The notes below the pieces were generated by a model, which was not told the origin of the DNA, made no database searches, and worked only from the letters and a program-made list of their open reading frames with translations. From assembly GCA_046759445.1 (NCBI GenBank), contig JBHICG010000011.1, positions 1-64,000 of the forward strand: a stretch of 64,000 nt of DNA, given 5' to 3'. A program made the translations under genes and the position numbers. Of this stretch, positions 30,092 through 40,113 are shown in pieces. The first letter of the stretch is position 1. Each line of letters starts with the position of its first letter. The DNA is from Candidatus Scalinduaceae bacterium. Its GTDB lineage: Bacteria; Planctomycetota; Brocadiia; Brocadiales; Scalinduaceae.

Positions 30092-31663
30092 GTGGAGTGC
30101 ACAATATTGAAAAATGTTCAATTGAAAATTTGTTACGCTCAAACGACCTTAATCTACACAATGTTTATAGTACTTACATGTTCTGATATATTAGCTAGAC
30201 AAGAGGAACACAATGTAGTAGAGGATGAGACTTATTTACTAAATTATTCTTCCGATACCGTTACGTTTCCTCTTGTTTCTGATTCCCAAAATGACATTCA
30301 TTTAATTGACGTAAGGGATAAACAAATGAAGACGATTCAGGCCAGGATATATAGTAGACAGGGATTGTACGTAAAATCCTTAAATATATATAAGTCTCTT
30401 CTAAAGGATTACCCAGACGATGAAGGTATATTGATGAATTATATTGATACCCTTGTTAACTTTTCTGATTACAATCTAGCTCTTGATAAGATTAATAGTA
30501 TTCTTGCAAAAAATCCAGCTAACCTTGAGGCAAAAAAGATAAAGGCCAGAATATATTATGAACAGGAAAAATACAAATGGACTTATAATATTTACGAAAG
30601 TATTTTAAAACAAAACCGTCTGGAAAGGGGAGTCTGGTCCGACTATGCTTTTGCCAAACTAAATGCTGGCGACTGGACTGGCGCCTTGAATTATTTTTTG
30701 ATGATTTTGGAACGCGATTACGAAAACAAGACAGCATTACAAAGTATTTATGATATTCAAGAAGCACATTATCCAAGATTGGAAACTGGCTATCGATCGT
30801 TTATTCAGGCAGACGATAATATTATAAATACGAGTTCTGCTATTTATACCAGGCACATTACAAACGACACATTATTCTCAATAGATTATGATCATATCAC
30901 GGTAGATAGACCATCTGACACCAGGTTTGGAATAAATTCATTGGATTTGACAATCGATGATGCCAGGTTTCGACTTCGCCATTATTTTAGTGAAAAGTGG
31001 GAGGGGGAAATTGGCGGCGGCTTTTATTCTGGATTGGATGGGGGGTTTTCTTTCCTTACAGGTCTGGATTATAGGATATTGAAAACCGGTTGGCTACGAG
31101 CAGACTACTTTCAAAACCGCCCATGGTACGATCCCCTTGAAGCAGCCAATCTTGATGGTAGTTTCAACGAGGTAAACTTTTCTTTTGACTGGAGTTTTTC
31201 TAAAGTATGGGCATTGTTTCTTGGGGTGAAAAGATTGGACTATTTTATTGATGGTTCTAAAGACTACGGTGAAAAAAGAGGTTTTACGGGAATATTAACG
31301 CGAAAATTTGAAACGGCAAAATACATCCCAGATCTTTATCTTAGCTATTCTTTTACTCGCTCCATATTTGATTTTGAAGAGGATAATTTCAGGCCAATAG
31401 ACATGGTTAAATCAGAGGAAAGGCATGCCCTCTCATTTAACTTAGAACATTGGCTAAGTGAACGTTATGCCATTACCCTTGCAGGTAGCGTAAGTAAGGA
31501 CCTGGACAGAAAACTTGAAGCAAAGAGTTTTAACCCAGGATTTAAGATTAAGTATGGGAAACGATTTGAATTTGTCTTTAGTTATGAACTTTCTAGTGAA
31601 TCCGCAAACGTAGGTGGTGGAAAAACTGAGGCATTCAACTTTTTGTTGAAATCAAGATTATGA
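30092..31663 (+). CDS. TPR plus outer-membrane beta-barrel protein, PelB/PgaA-like export porin half
   Basis: TPRs followed by about 300 aa of amphipathic beta-strand pattern rich in Y/F/W/G/D; lies between the pelB-like and pelD-like genes. Confidence 0.65.
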   Translation: MECTILKNVQLKICYAQTTLIYTMFIVLTCSDILARQEEHNVVEDETYLLNYSSDTVTFPLVSDSQNDIHLIDVRDKQMKTIQARIYSRQGLYVKSLNIYKSLLKDYPDDEGILMNYIDTLVNFSDYNLALDKINSILAKNPANLEAKKIKARIYYEQEKYKWTYNIYESILKQNRLERGVWSDYAFAKLNAGDWTGALNYFLMILERDYENKTALQSIYDIQEAHYPRLETGYRSFIQADDNIINTSSAIYTRHITNDTLFSIDYDHITVDRPSDTRFGINSLDLTIDDARFRLRHYFSEKWEGEIGGGFYSGLDGGFSFLTGLDYRILKTGWLRADYFQNRPWYDPLEAANLDGSFNEVNFSFDWSFSKVWALFLGVKRLDYFIDGSKDYGEKRGFTGILTRKFETAKYIPDLYLSYSFTRSIFDFEEDNFRPIDMVKSEERHALSFNLEHWLSERYAITLAGSVSKDLDRKLEAKSFNPGFKIKYGKRFEFVFSYELSSESANVGGGKTEAFNFLLKSRL

Positions 31664-33153
31664 AGAAAACAATAAATATTATTAAAAACTCTATTATGTC
31701 AAATCTAACCTCTAAAATGTCAGGTCTGATAAAACCCAAGAAACCAGAAATAATAGAGATCTTGTTGGGTTTTGCCATCGTGATTGCAATAAATATCTTT
31801 TTGTTCAGGGATAATATGGGCTTTTACGGTTATAGATATCATCCCTATTGGATAATCATACTCGCAATAGCAGCTAGATATGGTTTTAGAGGAGGACTGA
31901 TGGCTGGCATCATTGGGGGGATCGTAATGCTTTCGTTGATGAAGATAAGTGAGATGGATATCACTATTAAACAACTTATGAGATATAAGTTTTTAGAAAC
32001 TCCTCTGTTCTTTATTGTAGTGGGTGCCTTCTTGGGCGAACTCAGGGAGATACAGAAAAGGCAGTTTGATAAGTTGAATGATGAGTTTAGAGAACTTCAA
32101 AAATCATTTGGTTTACTTTCAAAAAAATATAATACTGTAAGCATGGCTAAGCAGGAACTGGATACCAGGATAATTGGTCAGGAACAAACTATTTCAACAC
32201 TTTACGAATCTGCACAGGCATTAAAATCATTAAAAGAAGAAGATATATATCCGGCAGTTCTTAAGATATTGAAAAATTTTGTTTCATCTGATGAATGTTC
32301 AATTTATAAAGCTTCAGAAGACAAGCTTAAGATGATTGCCAATTTAGGATGGCGGGGGGGTAACAATCATCCTTTAGAAGTAGGTATTGATGAAGGAATT
32401 ATGGGCAAGGCCTTTTCTACAGGTAATACAGTTACCATTAACGATGTTTTAAAAGTGAAGGAAGCTCATAATTTTTCTGATTTAAATCTGATTATTTCAT
32501 CGCCTATTACTAATAGTAAGAAAGTGGTTTTAGGAGTTCTAAATATTGAGAAGATGCCTTTTGTGAAATTCAATCCACAATCTATAAAGATGGCTTCGCT
32601 TTTAGCTGACTGGTGTGGGTCTGCTTTAGAGAACGCAAAGATGTATAAAGAAACAAAGGACAAGAATATAGCTGATGAAATAACCGGCGCCTATACTTAT
32701 GACTATTTATGTAAACGGGTTGAAGAGGAATTTCAAAAAGCACGTCGCTATAAGTTTGTTTTTGGAATATTAGCTTTTGAAATAGCTGAATATGATTTAA
32801 TTCCAGAAATGAAAAAGCAAGAACTTTTACCCGTATTCAATACCATTTTTAGAAATGTCGCCAGAAAAACTGACCTCTTGTTCGTCGGTAATTTTCCAGG
32901 AATATTTATATTTCTTTTTCCTTTTACACCCCTGAAGGGTATTAATGTTGTGAAAAACAAATTAATCAACGCGATTAATGAATTTAAATTTAGACCCTAT
33001 CAAGATGAAAGCAGATTACTGGAAGTTTACGCAGGAACGGCAGAATTTAATGATGAATTAGAAACGTACACAGAGTTGATACAGATGGCTATTGAAGATA
33101 TGAATAGGGAGAAAAGTTCAAATAATGCCCAGCAATTAGCTGCCACATTATGA
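31660..33153 (+). CDS. pelD: PelD-like c-di-GMP receptor (TM-coiled coil-GAF-degenerate GGDEF)
   Basis: PYW..ILAIAARYG TM block, GAF domain, DEITGAY, I-site RxxD (RKTD) with no GGDEF motif. Confidence 0.8.
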   Translation: MKKTINIIKNSIMSNLTSKMSGLIKPKKPEIIEILLGFAIVIAINIFLFRDNMGFYGYRYHPYWIIILAIAARYGFRGGLMAGIIGGIVMLSLMKISEMDITIKQLMRYKFLETPLFFIVVGAFLGELREIQKRQFDKLNDEFRELQKSFGLLSKKYNTVSMAKQELDTRIIGQEQTISTLYESAQALKSLKEEDIYPAVLKILKNFVSSDECSIYKASEDKLKMIANLGWRGGNNHPLEVGIDEGIMGKAFSTGNTVTINDVLKVKEAHNFSDLNLIISSPITNSKKVVLGVLNIEKMPFVKFNPQSIKMASLLADWCGSALENAKMYKETKDKNIADEITGAYTYDYLCKRVEEEFQKARRYKFVFGILAFEIAEYDLIPEMKKQELLPVFNTIFRNVARKTDLLFVGNFPGIFIFLFPFTPLKGINVVKNKLINAINEFKFRPYQDESRLLEVYAGTAEFNDELETYTELIQMAIEDMNREKSSNNAQQLAATL

Positions 33154-33263
33154 TCCCAGAAAATCCATAAGTTTCACTAACTAAAAAATATTTTGAAAAT
33201 ATGAATCTAGAATTTGTTTGGGAGTTAGTACCTTAGTCAAAGGACGCAAAATACTTACTATAA

Positions 33264-33404
33264 CCTAAATTGAGCGATTTTTGTAGCCGCAACCTTCAGG
33301 TTGCGTAACTTACATGAAATTGTCATAAACTCATCAGATGATGGGAAACGCAGGCTAAAGCCAGCGGCTACATTGACATGCAATATAAAATCGCTCAATT
33401 TAGG
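33264..33404. mobile_element. MITE-like element, copy 1 (141 bp)
   Basis: 18-bp TIR CCTAAATTGAGCGATTTT / AAAATCGCTCAATTTAGG; flanking 5-bp direct repeat TATAA (33259-63 and 33405-09); internal inverted GTAG-type REP pair. Confidence 0.85.
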
Positions 33405-33423
33405 TATAAATAAAACTAAAAGA

Positions 33424-34491
33424 ATGATGATAAGATTTCTTAAGCTATTGTTGTGTATTTTTTTGTGGATTCTCGCCGTTTTTTGTGAAGTGATAGTGGG
33501 GGGTATTTTTCTTTATTCAGATCAATACTCGATAAGGAATCTATTTCTTGCTTTACCCATACATTGTGTGGCATCCATCTTATCATTTCTGATTTTTCGG
33601 ATTTATTCAACAAAAGAATTCAATGAACTTAAATTTTATAGTTACCTATGTGGTTTGATGACATTCTTCTTACCTTTGATAGGTATTCTAGGTATTACCA
33701 TTAATTATTTATTAGTAAAATTTATATTAAAGAAGAAAGGTTACTTTACAACTTCTGATGACCCACTTGAGAATATCGACGAAGATTTGCACCTGTTTGA
33801 AGACATATCTGATACTAACACACTTTTAAAAGAAGAGACGAACATTGAACCTATTATGGATATCCTCAATGGAGACGATCCAGCGCTTAAGAGGGGAGCA
33901 ATAAATCTTCTAAGACAAATGGGTAGTAAGGAGGCTATACATTTATTAAAAAAAAACATTTCTGATTCTAATGATGAGGTTCGCTTTTATACCAGTGCAG
34001 CGCTTAAAAAGCTTAATGATGCTTACATACAAGAGCTGAAAAAGGCCAAAGAGAAGACAGAGGTAGAGAAACCTTCAGCGTCCCACTTTCAGAAATTGGG
34101 AGAAGTATGCAAAAAGTACGCAGAAAGCGGTCTATGCGACCAGAATGCAAGAGACTATTATCTCGGACTTGCAAAGAATGCCTTCATTGAAACACTTGAT
34201 CTTGATCCTGAAAATATTGAGATTACAACAAGCCTTGGATATGTATGTATGGAATTGAAAGAGTACGAAGAAGCTGAAAAATATTTCAAAAAGGCCACAA
34301 AAATAAAACCGGATCATGCTGATGCATTACTATGGCTTTGCCAATTATATTATGAAAAATGGGATTTGAAAGCCTTGGTTGAAAATCTTCAAGGAATGGA
34401 TCCAATATGCCATCAGGAAGCTAAGGATCCATACAATAGAATGCTTTTTAATTTTTGGACTAAACAGGATAAGGTATACTCAGATGGCTAA
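33424..34491 (+). CDS. pelE: PelE-like protein (TM, HEAT, TPR); start likely ATG 33424
   Basis: TM region with FFLPLIGILG, HEAT repeat with DSNDEVRFY, YAESGL and a TPR; lies between pelD and pelF. The ORF-track start at 33301 falls inside the MITE. Confidence 0.75.
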   Translation: MMIRFLKLLLCIFLWILAVFCEVIVGGIFLYSDQYSIRNLFLALPIHCVASILSFLIFRIYSTKEFNELKFYSYLCGLMTFFLPLIGILGITINYLLVKFILKKKGYFTTSDDPLENIDEDLHLFEDISDTNTLLKEETNIEPIMDILNGDDPALKRGAINLLRQMGSKEAIHLLKKNISDSNDEVRFYTSAALKKLNDAYIQELKKAKEKTEVEKPSASHFQKLGEVCKKYAESGLCDQNARDYYLGLAKNAFIETLDLDPENIEITTSLGYVCMELKEYEEAEKYFKKATKIKPDHADALLWLCQLYYEKWDLKALVENLQGMDPICHQEAKDPYNRMLFNFWTKQDKVYSDG

Positions 34492-36016
34492 TAAAATATA
34501 CGATGTTTGTCTTCTCTTGGAGGGTTCATATCCCTTTGTGGCAGGAGGGGTCTCCAGATGGATGCACTTTTTAATAAAATCTCTTCCAGAGATTAATTTT
34601 ATAGCGGTATGTATTTCTACTAGCTCAAAAGAAAAATTACACTATAAATACGAAATACCTCAAAATCTTAGCGACATTAAGATAGTTTACCTTTCTGATT
34701 ACAATCCTGGCAGGAAGAAAAAATCAAGAAAACAAATACGCGTCAAACGGATAAATATTTTAAGAGAATTTCATCATAGACTCTTTAAAAAGGATTTATC
34801 CTCGTTTAATGGGGTTCTGTCTATGTTCAAATCTTCTCATAAAGATAGAATAACACTACATGATCTGATTTTTAGCAAAGAGTCATGGGGTCTTCTATTA
34901 GACTTTTATAGGCCAGGTAAAAACAATTTTTCTTTTATTGACTACTTTTGGACATTCCGTGCCTCTCATCTTTCTCTTTTCAATATTCTGAATACCGAGA
35001 TTCCCAGGGCAAAAGTTTATCATACCATATCGACGGGTTATGCAGGATTTATGGGTGCAGTTGCTAGTCATACATACAAAAGGCCACTTATTCTCACTGA
35101 ACATGGAATATATACCAAGGAAAGGAAGATAGATATTGCTCAGGCAGAATGGATCTATGCTACAGTTGGAAAGAAGATGAAGGTAGAGAGGGATCTTGGC
35201 ACCTTACAGAATCTTTGGATACGCATATTTGAGGCAATGGGAAAATTTACTTATAAAGCAGCAGAAAGGATTTACACTCTTTATGAAGGGAACCGCCAAC
35301 AGCAGATAACGGATGGAGCAGACCCTGACAAAACTTTTGTAATACCAAATGGAATAGATATAGAGAGGTATAATGAATTATTCAACAATCGTTGCTCAAA
35401 AAACACACAAAAGGGAGAAAAATCTCTTTTTTCGATAGGTTTTGTGGGAAGGGTAGTTCCCATTAAGGATGTGAAAACACTTATAAGGGCATGTAAGATT
35501 GTTTCTCTACGTGTGCCTAATATAAAGATATACATTATAGGGCCAACCGAGGAAAATCCAAAATATTATCAAGAATGCCTTGAACTATGTCGTTTCATGG
35601 GGCTCAAAGGAGTTTTAGAGTTTATGGGCAAGGCTGATACTATGAAGTTCTATTCCTTTTTAGACCTAATCGTTCTCACAAGCGTTAGTGAGGCCCAGCC
35701 TCTTGTTATATTGGAAGCTAATTGTGCCGGCATCCCTGTAGTGGCATCAGATGTAGGGGCTTGTCAGGAATTGTTAGAAGGAAATACAAAAGAGGACAAA
35801 GCATTGGGTGCATCAGGCATAATAACCAGGGTTGCTGACCCTGCTGATACGGCAAATGGCATTGTAACCATTCTCTCCAATGATGAGTTAAGGAAGAAGA
35901 TGTCTATTGCAGGTCACAAGCGAGTTGAAACATTTTATCGTGAAAGCGATCTGAACAATAAGTATTTGTCAATATACAAAGAATTAATGGACTGTGACAA
36001 CCTCGGAGATTTCTAA
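34484..36016 (+). CDS. pelF: GT4 glycosyltransferase PelF
   Basis: DVCLLLEGSYPFVAGGVSRW, HTISTGYAG, LTEHGIYTKER, GRVVPIKDVKT and SVSEAQPLVILEA. Confidence 0.93.
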   Translation: MANKIYDVCLLLEGSYPFVAGGVSRWMHFLIKSLPEINFIAVCISTSSKEKLHYKYEIPQNLSDIKIVYLSDYNPGRKKKSRKQIRVKRINILREFHHRLFKKDLSSFNGVLSMFKSSHKDRITLHDLIFSKESWGLLLDFYRPGKNNFSFIDYFWTFRASHLSLFNILNTEIPRAKVYHTISTGYAGFMGAVASHTYKRPLILTEHGIYTKERKIDIAQAEWIYATVGKKMKVERDLGTLQNLWIRIFEAMGKFTYKAAERIYTLYEGNRQQQITDGADPDKTFVIPNGIDIERYNELFNNRCSKNTQKGEKSLFSIGFVGRVVPIKDVKTLIRACKIVSLRVPNIKIYIIGPTEENPKYYQECLELCRFMGLKGVLEFMGKADTMKFYSFLDLIVLTSVSEAQPLVILEANCAGIPVVASDVGACQELLEGNTKEDKALGASGIITRVADPADTANGIVTILSNDELRKKMSIAGHKRVETFYRESDLNNKYLSIYKELMDCDNLGDF

Positions 36017-36018
36017 AT

Positions 36019-37389
36019 ATGGCAGGTATAGGATTTGAGCTTAAAAGAATATTAAAGCGAGATACTTTTTCAAGTGAATTTAAGGCCTATCTTTATGCAG
36101 CCCTGGTCTCTTCAGGTCCATGGCTAATGTCTGTAATATGCCTCGGAATACTTGGGATACTAAGAGGAACGGGTTTAAGCGGTAAAGAACACGAGATATT
36201 TAGGTCTACAATTATTTATACTTATGCCTTTTCAATTATATATGTGGGCTCCATTCAACTTGTCGCAACAAGGTATCTGGCAGACCAGCTTTACTTAAAG
36301 AATGAAAAGATTACGCTGTCAACTTTTTTTACTTGTACGGTACTCATCCTTGTAGGTGGGGGGCTTTTTGCAGGACTGTTTTATTATTCTTTTGATATAT
36401 CTATACTACACAAACTAAGTGGTGTAGTCCTATTCATGCTAGTTAGCATGATTTGGGTGTGCATGATCTTTCTATCTGTAATTAAAGACTATATCAGTAT
36501 TGTATATGCCTTTGCCGGAGGCACATTAACGAGCATATTCGCAGCCCCATATTTGGGGAAGATTTTAGGGACTGAAGGATATCTGTTGGGGTTTATTTTG
36601 GGACAGGCAATTATCTTCTTCTGGTTACTTTCGAAATTACTAATTGAATTTCCTGTATCAGGATTATGGAACAAAGACCTCTTTCTGTATTTTAGAAAAT
36701 ATTGGGATCTTTTAGTAATCGGTTTTATCTATAACCTGGCCATATGGTCAGATAAAATAGTTTTTTGGTTTGCCCCTGATTCTCGATTGATTATACCCTG
36801 GTTCAGGACTCACGATTTTTATGAGGGAGCTGTGTTTTATTCTTATCTTACCATAATACCAACTCTTGCTCTCTTTATGGTTAACATCGAAACAAAATTT
36901 TATGACCATTATAGGCATTATTATGGAAAGATTGTGGGAAAACAATGCCTTACAAGCATTATAAATGAGAAAAACTTAATGGTTTTAATGCTTAAGGATA
37001 GTCTGAGAATGGTTTTTATCTTTCAGGGAGCTATCACAAGTGTATGTCTTGTATTCGCCCCATATCTCGTTGAAATGGCACATCTCATTCCCGTCCAAAT
37101 TCCCATATTCAGGATATGCTTGATAGGATCTTTTCTTCAGGTACTTTTGGCTATGAATATAATAATTCTCTTTTATTTTGACTTAAGAAAACATGTTATG
37201 GCAGTAACCCTGTTGTTTTTGTTTTCTAATGTGGTGTTTAGTATGTTAACTACAAAATTGGGGGTTCAATTTTATGGATATGGATATACCTACGCCTGTT
37301 TTATATCCCTCATATATGCCTTTCATTTACTAGATATAAGTTTAAAAGACCTTGAGTATATTACATTTGCAAAGCAACCAGTTTCATAA
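36019..37389 (+). CDS. pelG: Pel exopolysaccharide transporter PelG
   Basis: MAGIGFELKR N-terminus, SSGPW, TRYLAD and YNLAIWSDK; about 12 TM helices. Confidence 0.95.
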   Translation: MAGIGFELKRILKRDTFSSEFKAYLYAALVSSGPWLMSVICLGILGILRGTGLSGKEHEIFRSTIIYTYAFSIIYVGSIQLVATRYLADQLYLKNEKITLSTFFTCTVLILVGGGLFAGLFYYSFDISILHKLSGVVLFMLVSMIWVCMIFLSVIKDYISIVYAFAGGTLTSIFAAPYLGKILGTEGYLLGFILGQAIIFFWLLSKLLIEFPVSGLWNKDLFLYFRKYWDLLVIGFIYNLAIWSDKIVFWFAPDSRLIIPWFRTHDFYEGAVFYSYLTIIPTLALFMVNIETKFYDHYRHYYGKIVGKQCLTSIINEKNLMVLMLKDSLRMVFIFQGAITSVCLVFAPYLVEMAHLIPVQIPIFRICLIGSFLQVLLAMNIIILFYFDLRKHVMAVTLLFLFSNVVFSMLTTKLGVQFYGYGYTYACFISLIYAFHLLDISLKDLEYITFAKQPVS

Positions 37390-37421
37390 GGATTTTAAAT
37401 TCTACATTCAGCTTGTTTTTA

Positions 37422-37988
37422 TTAAGATCTTAACATTGTTCTAACAAGCTCATGACAGGCTTTTTGTGCGAGGCTGTTTAACGAGTCTTTTATAAACCAG
37501 GAGCTCATTCCGATTTTCGATTTACTTGCCGTCCATAATATTTTACCGCTTTCTACATCAAGAAGACGAATATTAATTCCTACAACAGGAACTTCGCTCA
37601 AATCCATTTTGTATCTATATTCTGAAACAGATCCATAAATCACAGTATCAACTCCCAGAAGTTTTCCTATTTTTCTTGCGGAAATGTTATCCAATATAGA
37701 ATCCATATAATCCACATCATTGTAAAGTTTGCTCATTTTAAGTTTTTCGTGTATTTCTGTTTGTTCCATCATTTGAAAGTTGGGGACTGAATATAACTCA
37801 GAAGTCATTAGATCGGAAACGATTTTACCTGCTTGCGGATTGGATGTAAGATTTGCAAAACTGATTAAGGCGACAAATCTTGCCCTTGAATGTATTGCTT
37901 TGACATTTAAGTAGTTTTGCTGGCTTGACAGGCATGAGATGTGTGCCGATATTATTAACAAAAGAATAAATGGCTTTAATTTTTTCAT
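37422..37988 (-). CDS. pelC: PelC-like outer-membrane lipoprotein (CsgG/TolB-N-like fold)
   Basis: Signal peptide with Cys (HISC), FANLTSNPQAG, YGSVSEYRYK.DL.EVPVVGI and SGKILW; convergent on pelG. Confidence 0.75.
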   Translation of the reverse strand: MKKLKPFILLLIISAHISCLSSQQNYLNVKAIHSRARFVALISFANLTSNPQAGKIVSDLMTSELYSVPNFQMMEQTEIHEKLKMSKLYNDVDYMDSILDNISARKIGKLLGVDTVIYGSVSEYRYKMDLSEVPVVGINIRLLDVESGKILWTASKSKIGMSSWFIKDSLNSLAQKACHELVRTMLRS

Positions 37989-38570
37989 GCTTATGACGGT
38001 GTTTATTGATTATTTAAAACCATAAATTATGTTACGAGCCGTTTGTTATCTTTACGATAAAAAGAATCCAAATCATTAATTAGCATCTTGCTTTGTAGTT
38101 TGTATAATACTTGATTTCAGGTATTTGTCAAATATTATAATCTACAGTTTATTGACGTCTTGGTATATACTAAATTAAGAGGTGAGCTTAGCAAAAAAAT
38201 GACATGTACATCTTACAAAGCTTTGCGAACATGAGCCCACCAATTATTTCTTCTTTATATTTTCAACGTCTGATAATATATCTTATGTTATGTTCGTGAA
38301 ATAATAAAATAATATATTAAAATACTTTAATTCTTAAACTATAAAAACTTATGCTTTTCATCTATTCTAAGCCACTTTAGAGCCTTTCTTGCTTGTTCCT
38401 TTCCTTTGTTATTTCTGTTTTTATCCATATTACTTTTAAAGCTATCCCTCGTAAAAGCCGTTAATCTTTGTTTAACTTTTGTTAATCAGATGCCGATAAT
38501 ATAAATAATAATTCCGAACTTGTAATTTTCACTATTAGAGAGACTGGTTATTTTAGATATTTGCTTAATT

Positions 38571-38999
38571 ATGCCATCGTTAAAAATTCATTTAAAAATG
38601 ACGAACCAAATCCATTTCATCTTAATCTTATCAATAGCCATAATATTTTCAGGCACAACCTATGGAGGGCATCTTTATAAAGAAAAAGAATATCAAGAAT
38701 GTTGGTGCTCTCAAGTCAATGGGGTTATTGAATATGTTCTCCCCGATAGAACTAGAGTGGATTGTCTGACAGATAACTATGCGGTGGAATTTGATTTTGC
38801 TGAGAAATGGGCAGAATCTATTGGGCAAACTTTATATTACTCTATCATGACGAAGAGGAAACCAGGTATTGTGGTTATTATAGAAAATCCAAAGGATGAA
38901 AAATACCTCAAAAGATTGAAGTTGGTAATTAAAGATTTGAAATTAAATATCATGGTTTGGACGATTACTCCCTTTGATATAGAACAAAATCATCATTGA
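38571..38999 (+). CDS. Hypothetical exported protein with PD-(D/E)XK-like acidic motif
   Basis: Hydrophobic signal; EYVLPDRTRVDCLTDNYAVEFDFAEKWAESIGQTLYY. Confidence 0.65.
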   Translation: MPSLKIHLKMTNQIHFILILSIAIIFSGTTYGGHLYKEKEYQECWCSQVNGVIEYVLPDRTRVDCLTDNYAVEFDFAEKWAESIGQTLYYSIMTKRKPGIVVIIENPKDEKYLKRLKLVIKDLKLNIMVWTITPFDIEQNHH

Positions 39000-39362
39000 T
39001 TTGTAAATACGATGAATCTCTTCGAAGGGCTTTCCACAAGCACCCTTCTTAATGTCTGAACGGCTATGAATGGGACTGCACCTTCTTGTTTTCTTGCTGA
39101 TTCATTATCTCTTTGTATTTCTCTGATACTCTCGTTCCTCCCCTCTGCTGTATAGGCAAGCCTTAATTTCTATGTAGCCTATTACGCCAATTCTGATAAA
39201 ACATCTCACCATTTTAGAATTGTCTGAATCTTTCGCTTTCCCGTGCAAGCCCAGATGGCCTAAATCCGAATCCCTGTGTGAAAGCCTTTCTAGCGAAAAT
39301 TTATATTTCATTCTCCCTTTTGAACTATTGAGTAAACGAAACATTTTCTATATAATATTTAC

Positions 39363-40019
39363 GTGAGTATTAACGTCTCAAGCTTACGTGTAAATGAGAT
39401 ATTTAAGAGTATTCAGGGTGAATCTACTTATGCAGGGATTCCCTGTGTATTTGTAAGGCTGACAGGATGCAACCTGAGATGCTCTTATTGTGACACAACT
39501 TATGCCTATGAAGAAGGAAACGATATGTCTGTAAATAAAATAATTAAGAAGATAGCGGGATATGGCTGCAAAAACGTCTGTATTACAGGAGGCGAGCCTT
39601 TAATGCAAAAGAACGTCTATAAATTAATAACTCTTTTAAAAAAAGAGCGTTGTAAGATTTTTGTAGAGACAAATGGAAGCTTGAACATAAGTTTATTACC
39701 AAAGTACGTAATAAGGATTATGGACGTAAAGTGTCCGGATAGCGGTATGAACGTGGAAATGGATTGGAGAAATTTAGAAAGACTAAGGAGGAATGATGAT
39801 ATAAAATTCATAATGTCGTCAAAGAAAGACTTTGAATGGGCAAAAAGAATAATAAAAAAACATAATTTGCCAGATAAAACAAATGTGTTATTTGGTTCAG
39901 CATATGGTAAATTAAAACCAAAGAGCCTGGCTAGATGGATATTAAAAGACAAGCTTAATGTACGCCTTCAACTCCAATTGCATAAGTATATCTGGCCTGA
40001 GAAATCAGGAGGTGTTTGA
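39363..40019 (+). CDS. queE: 7-carboxy-7-deazaguanine synthase (radical SAM)
   Basis: EIFKSIQGES, FVRLTGCNLRCSYCDT, ITGGEPL, VETNG and QLHKYIW; adjacent to queC. Confidence 0.93.
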   Translation: MSINVSSLRVNEIFKSIQGESTYAGIPCVFVRLTGCNLRCSYCDTTYAYEEGNDMSVNKIIKKIAGYGCKNVCITGGEPLMQKNVYKLITLLKKERCKIFVETNGSLNISLLPKYVIRIMDVKCPDSGMNVEMDWRNLERLRRNDDIKFIMSSKKDFEWAKRIIKKHNLPDKTNVLFGSAYGKLKPKSLARWILKDKLNVRLQLQLHKYIWPEKSGGV

Positions 40020-40113
40020 ATTTTGACAGGATTAACAAGATAAAAAGATAGAAAAGAAAACACTTGGTTCTGAATTGTTGTGTTTATCCTGTTATCCTGT
40101 CTATAAAGATGAC

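Noticed and set aside
33225..33255. GGACGCAAA, resembling part of a c-di-GMP-I riboswitch within the pel locus
   Set aside because: The upstream GCAAACC/GAAA stem and the second hairpin are absent
33301..33423. N-terminal extension of the PelE ORF in the ORF track
   Set aside because: Derived from MITE sequence; ATG 33424 is the more plausible start
39105..39344. 79-aa minus-strand ORF; a frameshifted reading gives HRDS/GFRP, reminiscent of group II intron RT SYGFRP
   Set aside because: The match is only a few residues and needs a frameshift; no other RT motifs or intron domain V seen
39290..39362. Possible preQ1 riboswitch before queE
   Set aside because: No recognisable preQ1 stem-loop with an A-rich tail
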